Assembly: GCA_963456285.1 (NCBI GenBank) | Contig: CAUOLC010000002.1 | Span: 25,867-89,866 of the forward strand | Source of the DNA: an uncultured Candidatus Saccharibacteria bacterium | GTDB lineage: Bacteria; Patescibacteriota; Saccharimonadia; Saccharimonadales; Saccharimonadaceae | Direction of reading: 5' to 3' | DNA length: 64,000 bases | In this document: positions 8,601-18,190 of the stretch, piece after piece | How the letters are laid out: every line of letters begins with the position of its first letter | Position numbering within the stretch: the stretch's first letter is position 1 | The notes under the pieces: generated by a model | What the model was told of the DNA's origin: nothing | Database searches by the model: none | The model's input: only the letters and a program-made list of their open reading frames with translations | Position numbers and translations under genes: made by a program

Positions 8601-10630
8601 TGGAAAGGCTTAAGATCACTCAGGAATCTATACAAAATGAATTGAATAGTTATAAAAACAAGCCCGAATCAACTATAGCTGAATATATATGGAATTCATT
8701 TGACGCAGGCGCAAAGACGGTAGAGATAAATTACAACAACAACGAACTGGGATATATTGAGAGTGTTATTATTTCTGACGATGGTCAAGGATGGGACTTT
8801 GGCGATAATAATACCGACTATTTCATGGCGTCCGCAAAAAAGAACGCCAGTGTTAAAAATCTAAGTCTACCTCACGGCAAGCTCGGGCGAGGAAGGTATA
8901 CTTTTATATGGCATGCAGATAGTCTTTATGCTAAGAGTAAGGGTCAAAAATTGACACTACTGCCAGACGCTAAATATAAAATAGAAGATTGCGATGATGC
9001 ACCAGAAAATGGAACGACCGTAGAGCTGACAGGCATTAGAGAATCTCTAGGTAATGCACTTAAGAGCGAAGAGGTTTTAAGGAATTTTCTGGTAAAAGAA
9101 TTTTGCTGGTTTTTAGAACAGAACGCAAATAGAAAAATAGTAGTAAATGGAACAAAAATTGACTATAAAGATTTTATTCGCAAAGAAGTAGAGCTAACTG
9201 GTAAAGATTTTAGTAGCGAGGTTCAAGCAGCGATAGGCGACATAAGAGCTAAGGTGATTATCTGGAAAGAGCGACCTTCCGAATACGCGAAATTTTTTGC
9301 TATCAACCCCACTTCTAAAGAAGAGGTTGTCGCCGAACATACAGGGCTCAATAAGAAGAAAGATAGTTTTTGGCATTCCGTATATTTATATTCAAACAAG
9401 TTCACTAAGGAATTAAATAATTTAATAGATGGAGATGAGTCTAATCAAGTTGAGTTATTTGATAAGGACGAAGTAGTCTCAGCCTATAAGTTAATTAAAG
9501 AAGAGATAAAAGAAAAACTGTTAGACCTTAGGAAACCGATTCTGAATGAAAATGCAGATAATCTAATAATGAACCTAAAAGTAGAAAATCTATACCCTAG
9601 CCTACTAGAGTTTCATGTACGAGAAGAGGACTTCAATGACCTACTTAGGCAGGTTTATATAACTGCGCCGCATTTATTCACAGGCAAAGGAAGAGATGAT
9701 CAAAAGTTTGTGGTGACGTCTATTGCCGGATTAGTATCCTCCGGAAATAGTAGCCTAGTAATGAAAGTACTGTCTCACATAGCAGAACTTTCTGAAGAAG
9801 AGTCCAGAACACTAGAAGATATATTGAGCAGGACTCATTTATCTAATATCGTTAAGACAATAGCTGAGATTGATAATAGGCTTCAATCTTTGCAGGACAT
9901 TCATTCTCTACTTTTTGATAATGAAAAGGAAACTCTAGAGGTTAAGCATTTGCAAAGAGTTCTAGATAATAATTTATGGTTGTTTGGAGAAGGCTATTCA
10001 TTGTTTGCGTCCACGGAAGGTGCAATGCGTAATACGCTGCAACGCTATGCTAGGGAAATACTGGGAATTGACCCGGGCGAGATAGAAACCAAGAGCCGCA
10101 AAGAGGTTGATTTATTGCTTACAAGAACTAATGAAGCTTCCGAGGATAGGTGTGAAAATCTTGTAGTTGAAATTAAGCGTCCTAGCGTAACACTTCGCAA
10201 GGATGAATTTGATCAGATTCAGCAGTATGCAAGGATAATTGCAAAAGAAAAATCATTAAACGGCGATAAGATGCATTGGGAATACTATCTGGTGGGGACT
10301 GACTATGACGAGTACATTGCAAGTCAGCTAGAGAACGCGTCTAGCCATGGAGAAAGACACAGGGGTTTGGTTTTTTATGACAAAAGTCTTAGATTTAAGA
10401 TTTATGTAAAGAAATGGTCTGATGTTATTAGTACCGAGAATGGACATAGGCTTAGATACCTTAAGGACAAACTGAAGATTGACCCTAAAGATAATAGTGG
10501 ATACAGTTCAGACGAACTGACGGAAAGACTAGTTACTGCGAATGACTCTAGTTTAGCTAATTCACCCACTGTAGGTACATCTAATAAATCAGGCAGTCAA
10601 AAGAACGGAAATGAAAGCAATAATGACTAA
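8600..10630 (+). CDS. GHKL/MORC-type ATPase fused to a C-terminal PD-(D/E)XK (Shedu/DUF4263-like) nuclease domain
   Basis: EYIWNSFDAGA, DDGQG, GKLGRGR, GTTV Bergerat motifs; C-terminal NLWLFG, VDLLL...VVEIKRP, DQIQQY; AT-rich. Confidence 0.72.
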   Translation: MERLKITQESIQNELNSYKNKPESTIAEYIWNSFDAGAKTVEINYNNNELGYIESVIISDDGQGWDFGDNNTDYFMASAKKNASVKNLSLPHGKLGRGRYTFIWHADSLYAKSKGQKLTLLPDAKYKIEDCDDAPENGTTVELTGIRESLGNALKSEEVLRNFLVKEFCWFLEQNANRKIVVNGTKIDYKDFIRKEVELTGKDFSSEVQAAIGDIRAKVIIWKERPSEYAKFFAINPTSKEEVVAEHTGLNKKKDSFWHSVYLYSNKFTKELNNLIDGDESNQVELFDKDEVVSAYKLIKEEIKEKLLDLRKPILNENADNLIMNLKVENLYPSLLEFHVREEDFNDLLRQVYITAPHLFTGKGRDDQKFVVTSIAGLVSSGNSSLVMKVLSHIAELSEEESRTLEDILSRTHLSNIVKTIAEIDNRLQSLQDIHSLLFDNEKETLEVKHLQRVLDNNLWLFGEGYSLFASTEGAMRNTLQRYAREILGIDPGEIETKSRKEVDLLLTRTNEASEDRCENLVVEIKRPSVTLRKDEFDQIQQYARIIAKEKSLNGDKMHWEYYLVGTDYDEYIASQLENASSHGERHRGLVFYDKSLRFKIYVKKWSDVISTENGHRLRYLKDKLKIDPKDNSGYSSDELTERLVTANDSSLANSPTVGTSNKSGSQKNGNESNND

Positions 10631-11582
10631 CTTCATCCTCTACAATACCCCAGACAACAAAGTCTCTATCAATGTCCAAGTTGAAGACGAAACTGTTTGG
10701 TTGGCGCAAGATCAGATGGCGGAGCTTTTTGATAAGTCGAAGTCAACTATCAATGAGCATATACAAAATATTTATAGTGAAGGCGAGCTGCTAGAGATTG
10801 ATACAATGAGAAAATTCGGAAATTCCGAATTTTCTACAAAGCCGACAAATTATTACAACCTTGACGTTATCATTTCTGTTGGCTATCGGGTTAAGTCATT
10901 GCGTGGCACACAATTCCGCCAGTGGGCGACCAAGCGGCTACGTGAATACATTGTCAAGGGCTTTACGATGGATGACGAAAGGCTGAAACAAGGTGGCGGA
11001 CGCTATTTCAGAGAACTTCTCCAGCGCATTCGCGATATCCGTAGTAGCGAGCGTAATCTGTACCAGCAGGTGACAGATATCTATGCGACGAGCATTGATT
11101 ATCAAAAGGACGCTAAGTTAACTAGACAATTCTTCGCAACAGTGCAGAATAAAATGCATGTTGCAGCGCACGGCAAGACTGCGGCTGAGCTGGTTTACGA
11201 GAGAGCGGATGCCAAGAAATCTAATATGGGGCTGACAAATTTCAAAGGTAGTTATATTACTTCGGACGATGTCGAAGTTGCTAAGAATTATCTGAGTGAA
11301 GAAGAGCTGAATGTTCTCAATCTGATTGTCTCGCAGTACCTTGATTTTGCTGAGTTGCAAGCAACCAGGCAGAAAGCGATGACAATGCAACAATGGATAG
11401 ATAAACTGGATGAGTTTCTAAAAATTAGTGATTCGTCTGTGCTGGTCGGAGCTGGCAAAATTAAGCACGAACAAGCAATGGTCAAGGCGAAGCGTGAGTT
11501 TAAGAAATACCGTGATGAGGAAATGCGCCAGCTGGAGAGTGATTTTGATAAGGCAACAAAAGTGCTAAGAAAAGAAAGTTGA
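10623..11582 (+). CDS. rhuM: virulence RhuM-family DNA-binding protein
   Basis: ETVWLAQDQMAELF, YYNLDVIISVGYRVKS.RGTQFRQWAT, RIRDIRSSE, AKNYL motifs. Confidence 0.88.
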   Translation: MTNFILYNTPDNKVSINVQVEDETVWLAQDQMAELFDKSKSTINEHIQNIYSEGELLEIDTMRKFGNSEFSTKPTNYYNLDVIISVGYRVKSLRGTQFRQWATKRLREYIVKGFTMDDERLKQGGGRYFRELLQRIRDIRSSERNLYQQVTDIYATSIDYQKDAKLTRQFFATVQNKMHVAAHGKTAAELVYERADAKKSNMGLTNFKGSYITSDDVEVAKNYLSEEELNVLNLIVSQYLDFAELQATRQKAMTMQQWIDKLDEFLKISDSSVLVGAGKIKHEQAMVKAKREFKKYRDEEMRQLESDFDKATKVLRKES

Positions 11583-11585
11583 TCT

Positions 11586-12194
11586 ATGAAGGGTGTTGTA
11601 GAAGATAATTTAGAAGCTGCAATAGATATTTTTTCAAAGAGTATCTTTGGTGACAAGCTAACAGACCAGCAACTAGACGCACTAACCAGCATACCTGTTG
11701 TTAAAAATATAACTGCGATAACTTGGTTTTACAGGTCTATACGCGAAGCTTCTACGGTGAAGAAAATTGTGAAGTTTATAGAAACACTGCAAAAGGGACA
11801 CCTAGATAAGGAATGTTATGAAAGATTAAAGAAAAAATACGGTGATGAAAAAATACTAGAAGAGGTATTATTTCGCATTGATCGTATGAGGTCTGTGGCG
11901 CATGTTAAAATCCAAGCCCATTTATATAGAGCGCTTTTGGAAGAAAAAATTACTTGGGACAGGTTTATCCAAATATGTGATGCTGTCGAACAACTGAGCG
12001 TTGTAGATATAGATAAGGAAACTGGGCTGGGCGATCCTGGCTCAAGCTTTATCTCTTCCGGCCTTGCATACCTATATTACAATGACGATGTTCCACCTAG
12101 GATTGCTCGTAATGGCCATTTCTATAATGATTTTTGGGATTATGGCCTAGAACCTTATAAAGAGGAGACTAATGATGAATCAACTATCCGATAA
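11586..12194 (+). CDS. hypothetical protein (R-M operon cargo)
   Basis: 202-aa AT-rich ORF starting 3 nt after rhuM. Confidence 0.7.
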   Translation: MKGVVEDNLEAAIDIFSKSIFGDKLTDQQLDALTSIPVVKNITAITWFYRSIREASTVKKIVKFIETLQKGHLDKECYERLKKKYGDEKILEEVLFRIDRMRSVAHVKIQAHLYRALLEEKITWDRFIQICDAVEQLSVVDIDKETGLGDPGSSFISSGLAYLYYNDDVPPRIARNGHFYNDFWDYGLEPYKEETNDESTIR

Positions 12195-12282
12195 TATGAG
12201 TGGGTTGTTACTATTAAACAGATACGCGAAGATGGAAGAGCTTTTTGTTAAAGAAAGCTTAGAATTTGGGGCAGTGTTATGA
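12172..12282 (+). CDS. 36-aa small ORF bridging cargo gene and res
   Basis: GAGGAG SD, ATG 12172, MMNQLSDNMSGLLLLNRYAKMEELFVKESLEFGAVL; TGA overlaps res ATG (ATGA). Confidence 0.4.
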   Translation: MMNQLSDNMSGLLLLNRYAKMEELFVKESLEFGAVL

Positions 12283-15023
12283 AGCTCCAATTCGAATCCA
12301 ACCAACAGTACCAACTCGACGCCATCAACGCGGTAGTGGATATATTCGCTGGGCAGCCAGCGGATAGTGACGATACGACTCGCTATATGGATCAGGATAG
12401 GCAGTTAAGCCTGGAGGCGACGATCGCCAAGGGAAATAGCTTGACGCTAGATATAGCGCAGATAATCAAGAATACGCATAAAATTCAAGAGAAAAATGGT
12501 ATCGAGAAAAGCGAGGCTGAAGAAGGTGGTTTTAACTTGCCGATGACTTTTCCGCTAGAAATTAACGAAAAATCCCTGAAGCACGGTATGAACTTCTCTA
12601 TCGAGATGGAGACCGGCACGGGCAAAACGTATGTGTACTTGCGGACGATTCATGAACTACACCAGCACTATGGTTGGAAGAAGTTTATCATCGTTGTACC
12701 GAGCGTGGCGATCCGTGAGGGTGTGCTGAAGAATTTGGCGATTACCAGGGAGCACTTCGCCGATCTCTACAATAAGCCGGAGATGGACTACTACGTCTGG
12801 GACAGCAAGAAGACCGGTCAGGCTCGTGAGTTCGCGACGAACGATACGTTGCAGATCATGGTGATTACCATTGATAGCTTCGCTAAGGCACAGAATGTGA
12901 TGAATCGGCAGAGTGACTATGGGCGGCCGCTTGATTTCATCAAGGCCACTCACCCGGTAGTTATTCTCGACGAGCCGCAGAATATGGAGACCGACATACG
13001 AAGGAATGCTATTGCTAGCCTTAATCCGCTGTGCACGTTGCGCTATAGTGCCACGCATAAGCACCTGTACAATTTGCTTTATCGACTGACTCCGGTCGAT
13101 GCCTATGATAAAGGCTTGGTTAAGAAGATTGAGGTACATAGTGTCCAGAGTGAGGATAATTATAATGATGCGTATATCAATGTACTGTCGCTAGAGCGGC
13201 AGTCAAAGACTCGCTCATTCGCCAAGATTGAGGTGGATGCGAGTGACGAGTACGGCTTGCAACGCAAGATTATCAAGGCGTTTCCGGGTGACGACCTGGA
13301 GGCAAAGACGGGTCGTTCGGTCTATGCTGGCTACTATATCGAGTCGATTAATCACGGTGATGATTGCATCGAGTTTAGTAATGGCAAAGTAGTTTATGTT
13401 GGTCAGCACGACGAAAGTCTGCACGATGACATCATCAAGCGGCAGATTGAATTGACGATTGACGATCACTTTGATAAACAGCGTCGGCTAGGTGACGGCG
13501 TCAAGGTACTCAGCCTATTCTTTATCGATAAAGTGGCAAATTATCGTGAATATACGGCAAATGGTGCCAGTAAGGGTAAGTTTGCTAAGTGGTTTGAGGA
13601 AGCCTATATCAAGGTCTCGTCTAAGCAAAAATATGCTGGCGTCATGGACAATTTATTAGCGAGCGAAGTGCATGATGGCTACTTTGCAGCAGACAAGAGT
13701 GGTCAGTGGAAAGATTCCCGTGACACTAAGGGCGAGGGTGGTCGCACTAAGGACGATGATACGGCGTATACCTTAATCATGAAGGATAAAGAAAGACTGC
13801 TGGATATAAATGAGCCGCTGCGGTTTATCTTTAGCCACTCGGCACTGCGTGAAGGCTGGGATAATCCTAACGTATTTCAGATTTGTACGCTTAATGAGAC
13901 GTCGAGTCAAATGAAAAAGCGCCAAGAAATCGGGCGAGGGCTGCGTCTGCCGGTGAATGTTGACGGGCAACGAGTCTATGATGATAGCATCAATATACTG
14001 ACAGTGATTGCCAATGAGAGTTACGCCGATTTTAGCCGTAAGCTTCAGACGGAGATTGAGGAGGAGACGGGTATTCACTTCGGCGGACGAATCAAGAATC
14101 GTGATGATCGGCGACCTGTTAGGTTTCAGAAATCACGGGCGCTTGACCCGGCCTTTAAGGAGCTATGGGATAAAATTAAACATAAAACGACCTACCGGGT
14201 GGCGATTGATACAGAAAAGTTGGTGACGAAGGCGGCCAGTGAATTAGCGCAGGTCGCTATTAGTAAACCGAATATCGCTGATGATAAAACCCTGATTGAT
14301 TCTATGGGTAATGATAATGGCTTTATGGTGCGCGAGACTGGTTGCAACTCGTATGTGGTGCGCCAAACTGAAGTGAAGATGCCGAATTTATTAGCGGATA
14401 TTCAGCGTCAGACACAAATGACGCGTCGGGTGATATTTGAGGTGTTTGATCAAGCGGGGATGTTTGAGCAGGTGACTATTAATCCACAACAGGTGATTGA
14501 TGAAACAGCTCGGGCGATTAATCGGGTGAAACAGCGCTTGGCAGTTGATGGTATTAAATATCACATAACGGGTGAGTGTTATGACATGACATTGTTTGAG
14601 AATGGTGAGCTACAGGCGTACTTGTATGATGTGGCAACGAAGAGCGGGGCGATTGCGGTGACCGACCAGGCAAAAACCATCTACGATTACGTGGCGGTTG
14701 ATTCAGAAGTTGAGCGTGAATTCATGCGGTCACTGGAGGATAATGCTGACGTTAAGTTTTATATTAAGCTACCGGGTTGGTTTAAGATTGATACACCGGT
14801 TGGCAAGTATAATCCAGATTGGGCGGTGGCATTTGATGGCGATAGGCGGATTTACTTTGTGGCGGAGACCAAGGGCTCGGACGATATTCATGATAATCAC
14901 TTGAGTACTAATGAACGGGGTAAAATTACTGCTGCCCGCCAGCATTTTGCAGAAATTGATGTACCATATGTGGCGCCAGTGAGAGATTGGAGAAACACAG
15001 TAACGAGGTTAAGAAATGACTGA
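12279..15023 (+). CDS. res: Type III restriction endonuclease subunit (Res)
   Basis: EMETGTGKT Walker A, ILDEPQ, RYSATH, LREGWDNPNVFQIC, QEIGRGLRL; C-terminal YNPDW...ETKG nuclease motif. Confidence 0.93.
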   Translation: MKLQFESNQQYQLDAINAVVDIFAGQPADSDDTTRYMDQDRQLSLEATIAKGNSLTLDIAQIIKNTHKIQEKNGIEKSEAEEGGFNLPMTFPLEINEKSLKHGMNFSIEMETGTGKTYVYLRTIHELHQHYGWKKFIIVVPSVAIREGVLKNLAITREHFADLYNKPEMDYYVWDSKKTGQAREFATNDTLQIMVITIDSFAKAQNVMNRQSDYGRPLDFIKATHPVVILDEPQNMETDIRRNAIASLNPLCTLRYSATHKHLYNLLYRLTPVDAYDKGLVKKIEVHSVQSEDNYNDAYINVLSLERQSKTRSFAKIEVDASDEYGLQRKIIKAFPGDDLEAKTGRSVYAGYYIESINHGDDCIEFSNGKVVYVGQHDESLHDDIIKRQIELTIDDHFDKQRRLGDGVKVLSLFFIDKVANYREYTANGASKGKFAKWFEEAYIKVSSKQKYAGVMDNLLASEVHDGYFAADKSGQWKDSRDTKGEGGRTKDDDTAYTLIMKDKERLLDINEPLRFIFSHSALREGWDNPNVFQICTLNETSSQMKKRQEIGRGLRLPVNVDGQRVYDDSINILTVIANESYADFSRKLQTEIEEETGIHFGGRIKNRDDRRPVRFQKSRALDPAFKELWDKIKHKTTYRVAIDTEKLVTKAASELAQVAISKPNIADDKTLIDSMGNDNGFMVRETGCNSYVVRQTEVKMPNLLADIQRQTQMTRRVIFEVFDQAGMFEQVTINPQQVIDETARAINRVKQRLAVDGIKYHITGECYDMTLFENGELQAYLYDVATKSGAIAVTDQAKTIYDYVAVDSEVEREFMRSLEDNADVKFYIKLPGWFKIDTPVGKYNPDWAVAFDGDRRIYFVAETKGSDDIHDNHLSTNERGKITAARQHFAEIDVPYVAPVRDWRNTVTRLRND

Positions 15024-15624
15024 TACTAATATACAGCTAACTCCTGAGCAAGATCAGCAACGACAAGAAGCTCAAAAACAGGATATTGATAGCACGAATA
15101 TGCTCAATAAATCAAGTCAAGATATACGAGAAGGAAGAATAGATATATTCGATCAGATTGCAAAATACTCAGGCGGTACGGCTTCAGTGATGTTCACTTT
15201 CCTTGGTGTTCTTATTGGATTAAAGAATGGCCAGGCACATATTGATTGTAGTTTTATTGCTGCAATGATGCTTTTTGTTGTCTGTATTGCCATATCGTTG
15301 TTTTTGCGTCAAGCTACGAGGCTCTATGGTTTCTATCAAACTAACCAGTTGAGATTGGGTAGCTTACAAGACAGGTATACACTTGAAAAGGATATTCTAC
15401 ATGGTCATAATCCCGAAACTAATACAAGAAAAGACATCTCAAACATCTACGCAGAATTAGAAAAAGGAGTCGATACGATAGCCGCTGAAAGAGCAAGAAA
15501 CCAAAAGAAAGCTAGACTATGGAGTGTAATTTTTAAACATGGCCCTTGGGTGCTCTATATAGCATTTGCTGGTGCGTATACATTTTTGTTTTGCTTTGTT
15601 GTTAGGATCTCTAACAATTTATAA
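15016..15624 (+). CDS. hypothetical membrane protein (3 TM, coiled linker)
   Basis: 202-aa AT-rich ORF overlapping the res stop. Confidence 0.7.
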   Translation: MTDTNIQLTPEQDQQRQEAQKQDIDSTNMLNKSSQDIREGRIDIFDQIAKYSGGTASVMFTFLGVLIGLKNGQAHIDCSFIAAMMLFVVCIAISLFLRQATRLYGFYQTNQLRLGSLQDRYTLEKDILHGHNPETNTRKDISNIYAELEKGVDTIAAERARNQKKARLWSVIFKHGPWVLYIAFAGAYTFLFCFVVRISNNL

Positions 15625-15639
15625 ACAGGAGTTAATACT

Positions 15640-15805
15640 GTTGAAAGTTAACGTCAAAAAGATGTTGGCAAAATATGGCTACTCGCCAGACCAGCAGGCG
15701 TTGGTAACTGACATGGTGCTAGAGCAAGCTAAGCGTTACGGTAATGAATGGAGCTATAAACGCGCGACGTATGACACTGGCGGCGGAGCGAGTTTGTTGG
15801 ATTGA
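15640..15805 (+). pseudogene. C-terminal remnant of Type I restriction HsdR (DUF3387-like)
   Basis: LKVNVKKMLAKYGYSPDQQALVTDMVLEQAK matches the typical HsdR C-terminus (L.KYGYPPD.Q..A...VLEQA); no upstream coding body. Confidence 0.62.
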
Positions 15806-15841
15806 TATATAAATTATGATAGACCAGAGTACAATAGGTGT

Positions 15842-16444
15842 ATGAGTAAGTCTAAAAATCCTATTACCATCGCTCGCGCCATCATCCGCATCGGTGATGC
15901 TGCCAGAAATGCTAATGATTATAGTTTGCTAGGCGCGCTGCATGAAATGGTGGAGCAATTGTCGCAGCATGGTGTTAAAGACACTGACGTCGATATGGAT
16001 TTGCTGTTGGAATATGTCGAGGCGACAGATGGTTGCGACTATTGCCGGGCGGCTGATGGCAAGCCAAGTGTTGAGGAATTAACAACAGAAATTAATAAGC
16101 AGCTAGCGCGTCGCGGCCAGGCGCAGGTGGAGGCGAGCGATCAATCAGTGTTGGAATTTGAGCTAGTGGTCCATCTGGTGACGGCGGCGTATGCTAAAAA
16201 TGAAGATGGCGTGACATCGGGTTTGTCGATAGCGCTGGTCATCAATCAGGATGGTTCAGTTGACTTGCCGCGCGACCATTTTTTGAATGCAGAATTGCTT
16301 GATTACTTTGATGAGAATCACCCAGTCAATTGGCGTTCGGTCGAGCGTAATTTGCCGTCAAGGTTGCACGGTTACCACTTAGTGGTAGGTTCGGTGGAGG
16401 TGCAGGAGATTTTACCGCGGGAATTGGAGGCGATGTCATTTTGA
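15842..16444 (+). CDS. hypothetical protein
   Basis: 200-aa ORF; TACAAT 6 nt upstream of ATG. Confidence 0.7.
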   Translation: MSKSKNPITIARAIIRIGDAARNANDYSLLGALHEMVEQLSQHGVKDTDVDMDLLLEYVEATDGCDYCRAADGKPSVEELTTEINKQLARRGQAQVEASDQSVLEFELVVHLVTAAYAKNEDGVTSGLSIALVINQDGSVDLPRDHFLNAELLDYFDENHPVNWRSVERNLPSRLHGYHLVVGSVEVQEILPRELEAMSF

Positions 16445-16463
16445 GGGTAATGATTATTGAACT

Positions 16464-16694
16464 ATGAAAGTCTCCGTCCTCCTCAAGCCCAACTCCCGTC
16501 ACCGTGAAGAGGTCGTCCCGAACGATGATGGTTCGCTGACGGTTTACACCAAGGCACCAGCCATTGAAGGTCGGGCGAATCTAGCGGCGGCGAAACTACT
16601 AGCAAAGCATCTCGGCGTGGCACCCTCAAAGGTAAAATTACTGCGTGGCACTTCTTCGAAATACAAGATATTTGAGATCGATCAGGTGGACTAA
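16464..16694 (+). CDS. DUF167/YggU family protein
   Basis: V.LKPNS, APAIEGRAN, LLRGTSSKYK motifs. Confidence 0.88.
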   Translation: MKVSVLLKPNSRHREEVVPNDDGSLTVYTKAPAIEGRANLAAAKLLAKHLGVAPSKVKLLRGTSSKYKIFEIDQVD

Positions 16695-18190
16695 TGTAAC
16701 CGTTGTATCGTCACAAATGAATACCCCTGCTGCTTCAGTGAGCTGAGGATGCACGGCACGGCATTGACGGAAGTTTGGTGAATGTCATGCATCAAGATGA
16801 CGGCTCCAGGACGAGCGCCAGCGACGGCGCGCGAACAGACGATCTGGCTATTGCGATCAGCCCAGTCCCGGGTGTCGACCGACCATAAGATTGACGACAT
16901 GCCACGCGCCCGAAGTTGTTCTAAAACCACACCGTTGGCTGCACCATACGGTGGTCGCAGAATGGTTGGCTTGACGCCAGCGGCTTGTCTAATGGCTTCG
17001 TTAGTGCGGTCGATTTCGCCAGCAATTTGGTTAACTGATAGTTTAGGTAGTTCAGGGTGTGACCATGAGTGATTGCCTAGCTGGTGGCCGCGCGCCTGGA
17101 TGCTGCGTACGACGCTAGCCTGCCCGGAAACCTTGCTACCGATCAAGAAGAACGTCGCTTTGGCACCGTACTGATCCAAGATGTCCAGTAGGTGTGCAGT
17201 GTATGGTCCCGGCCCGTCATCAAACGTCAAAGCGATCACTTTATTGCCAGTGGTTGGCGTGGGTGCTGGTGCGGCGGGCGCTGGTGCTGGTTCTGGCTTT
17301 GGCTCGGGTGGCTTAGGGAAATTGCCTAGTTTTTGAGCCGTTGGATTTTGCAGGTATTTGGCAACAGTTGCGGTCGGTACTTTGATGGTTAATTCGCCAT
17401 AAGCTGACGGCAACAGGGAGGCTTGTCCAATTGGCCAGACCAGGGTATTGCCATCGTCAGCGATGGTAAAGTTTGCCAATGTTTCTTTGGTGATCATCTC
17501 CTCAAGATTTGCTTCTAGCTGCTGGCGTTGTTTGATGGTTTGCGCGACGTCTCGTTGGGCGGCTGTCACGATAGCCTTGGTGGCTTCCTCTGATTTCTCA
17601 GTCAAATTATCTAGGCCAATCACTTCGCCAGACTCTTTATCAAAGGTCCAAAATAGCGTCAATGACACTGGATGTGCGCCGTGCATGTCTTGTTTGATAT
17701 TGACGATGATCGACAGGGCGACGGAATTATTATGCGTTACTTGATAACTGATGGTTTCGGTCATTGGTCGCTCAAAGGTGATGGTGCTCGACGAGGTGTA
17801 GCGGAAATCGCTGTCAGCGCGGTCAATTGCTCGGGCGATGAGTTTGTTGATTTTGGAATTGCTGGTAATTGGGTATTCAATTGAGACCTTTTCGCGCTTG
17901 CTGTCGCGCGTCACAAACTTGGAGCGAATGCCAGCATAGCGCGAATCGGTGAAATAATATTTTTCATCTTCTAGAACAGTTGGACGTTGGGTTGGTGGCT
18001 GCTTGGAGTGGAGATAAAATAAGACCCCCATTGCGCTAACAGCAAGCAAAAGTAACGTAGTGAATATAATACTGCTCAATCGAGGTCGGTTTGCAGGTGT
18101 TGCGTTGGTTCTTGACCTATGGCTGGTTCGAGCTGGTTGTCGTTTTGTTGACAATTTTTGAGGTTTTGTTTGCGTTTTTTTGGTAGGCAT
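16691..18190 (-). CDS. membrane-anchored polysaccharide (peptidoglycan GlcNAc) deacetylase, PgdA-like
   Basis: N-terminal TM, Pro/Ala linker, CE4 motifs LTFDDGP, GNHSWSHP, RPPYG, ILMHD. Confidence 0.88.
   Translation of the reverse strand: MPTKKTQTKPQKLSTKRQPARTSHRSRTNATPANRPRLSSIIFTTLLLLAVSAMGVLFYLHSKQPPTQRPTVLEDEKYYFTDSRYAGIRSKFVTRDSKREKVSIEYPITSNSKINKLIARAIDRADSDFRYTSSSTITFERPMTETISYQVTHNNSVALSIIVNIKQDMHGAHPVSLTLFWTFDKESGEVIGLDNLTEKSEEATKAIVTAAQRDVAQTIKQRQQLEANLEEMITKETLANFTIADDGNTLVWPIGQASLLPSAYGELTIKVPTATVAKYLQNPTAQKLGNFPKPPEPKPEPAPAPAAPAPTPTTGNKVIALTFDDGPGPYTAHLLDILDQYGAKATFFLIGSKVSGQASVVRSIQARGHQLGNHSWSHPELPKLSVNQIAGEIDRTNEAIRQAAGVKPTILRPPYGAANGVVLEQLRARGMSSILWSVDTRDWADRNSQIVCSRAVAGARPGAVILMHDIHQTSVNAVPCILSSLKQQGYSFVTIQRLH

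Noticed and set aside
17255..17315. Repetitive GGTGCT/GGCTT-like DNA
   Set aside because: Explained by the Pro/Ala/Glu linker (PKPPEPKPEPAPAPAAPAPTP) of the deacetylase
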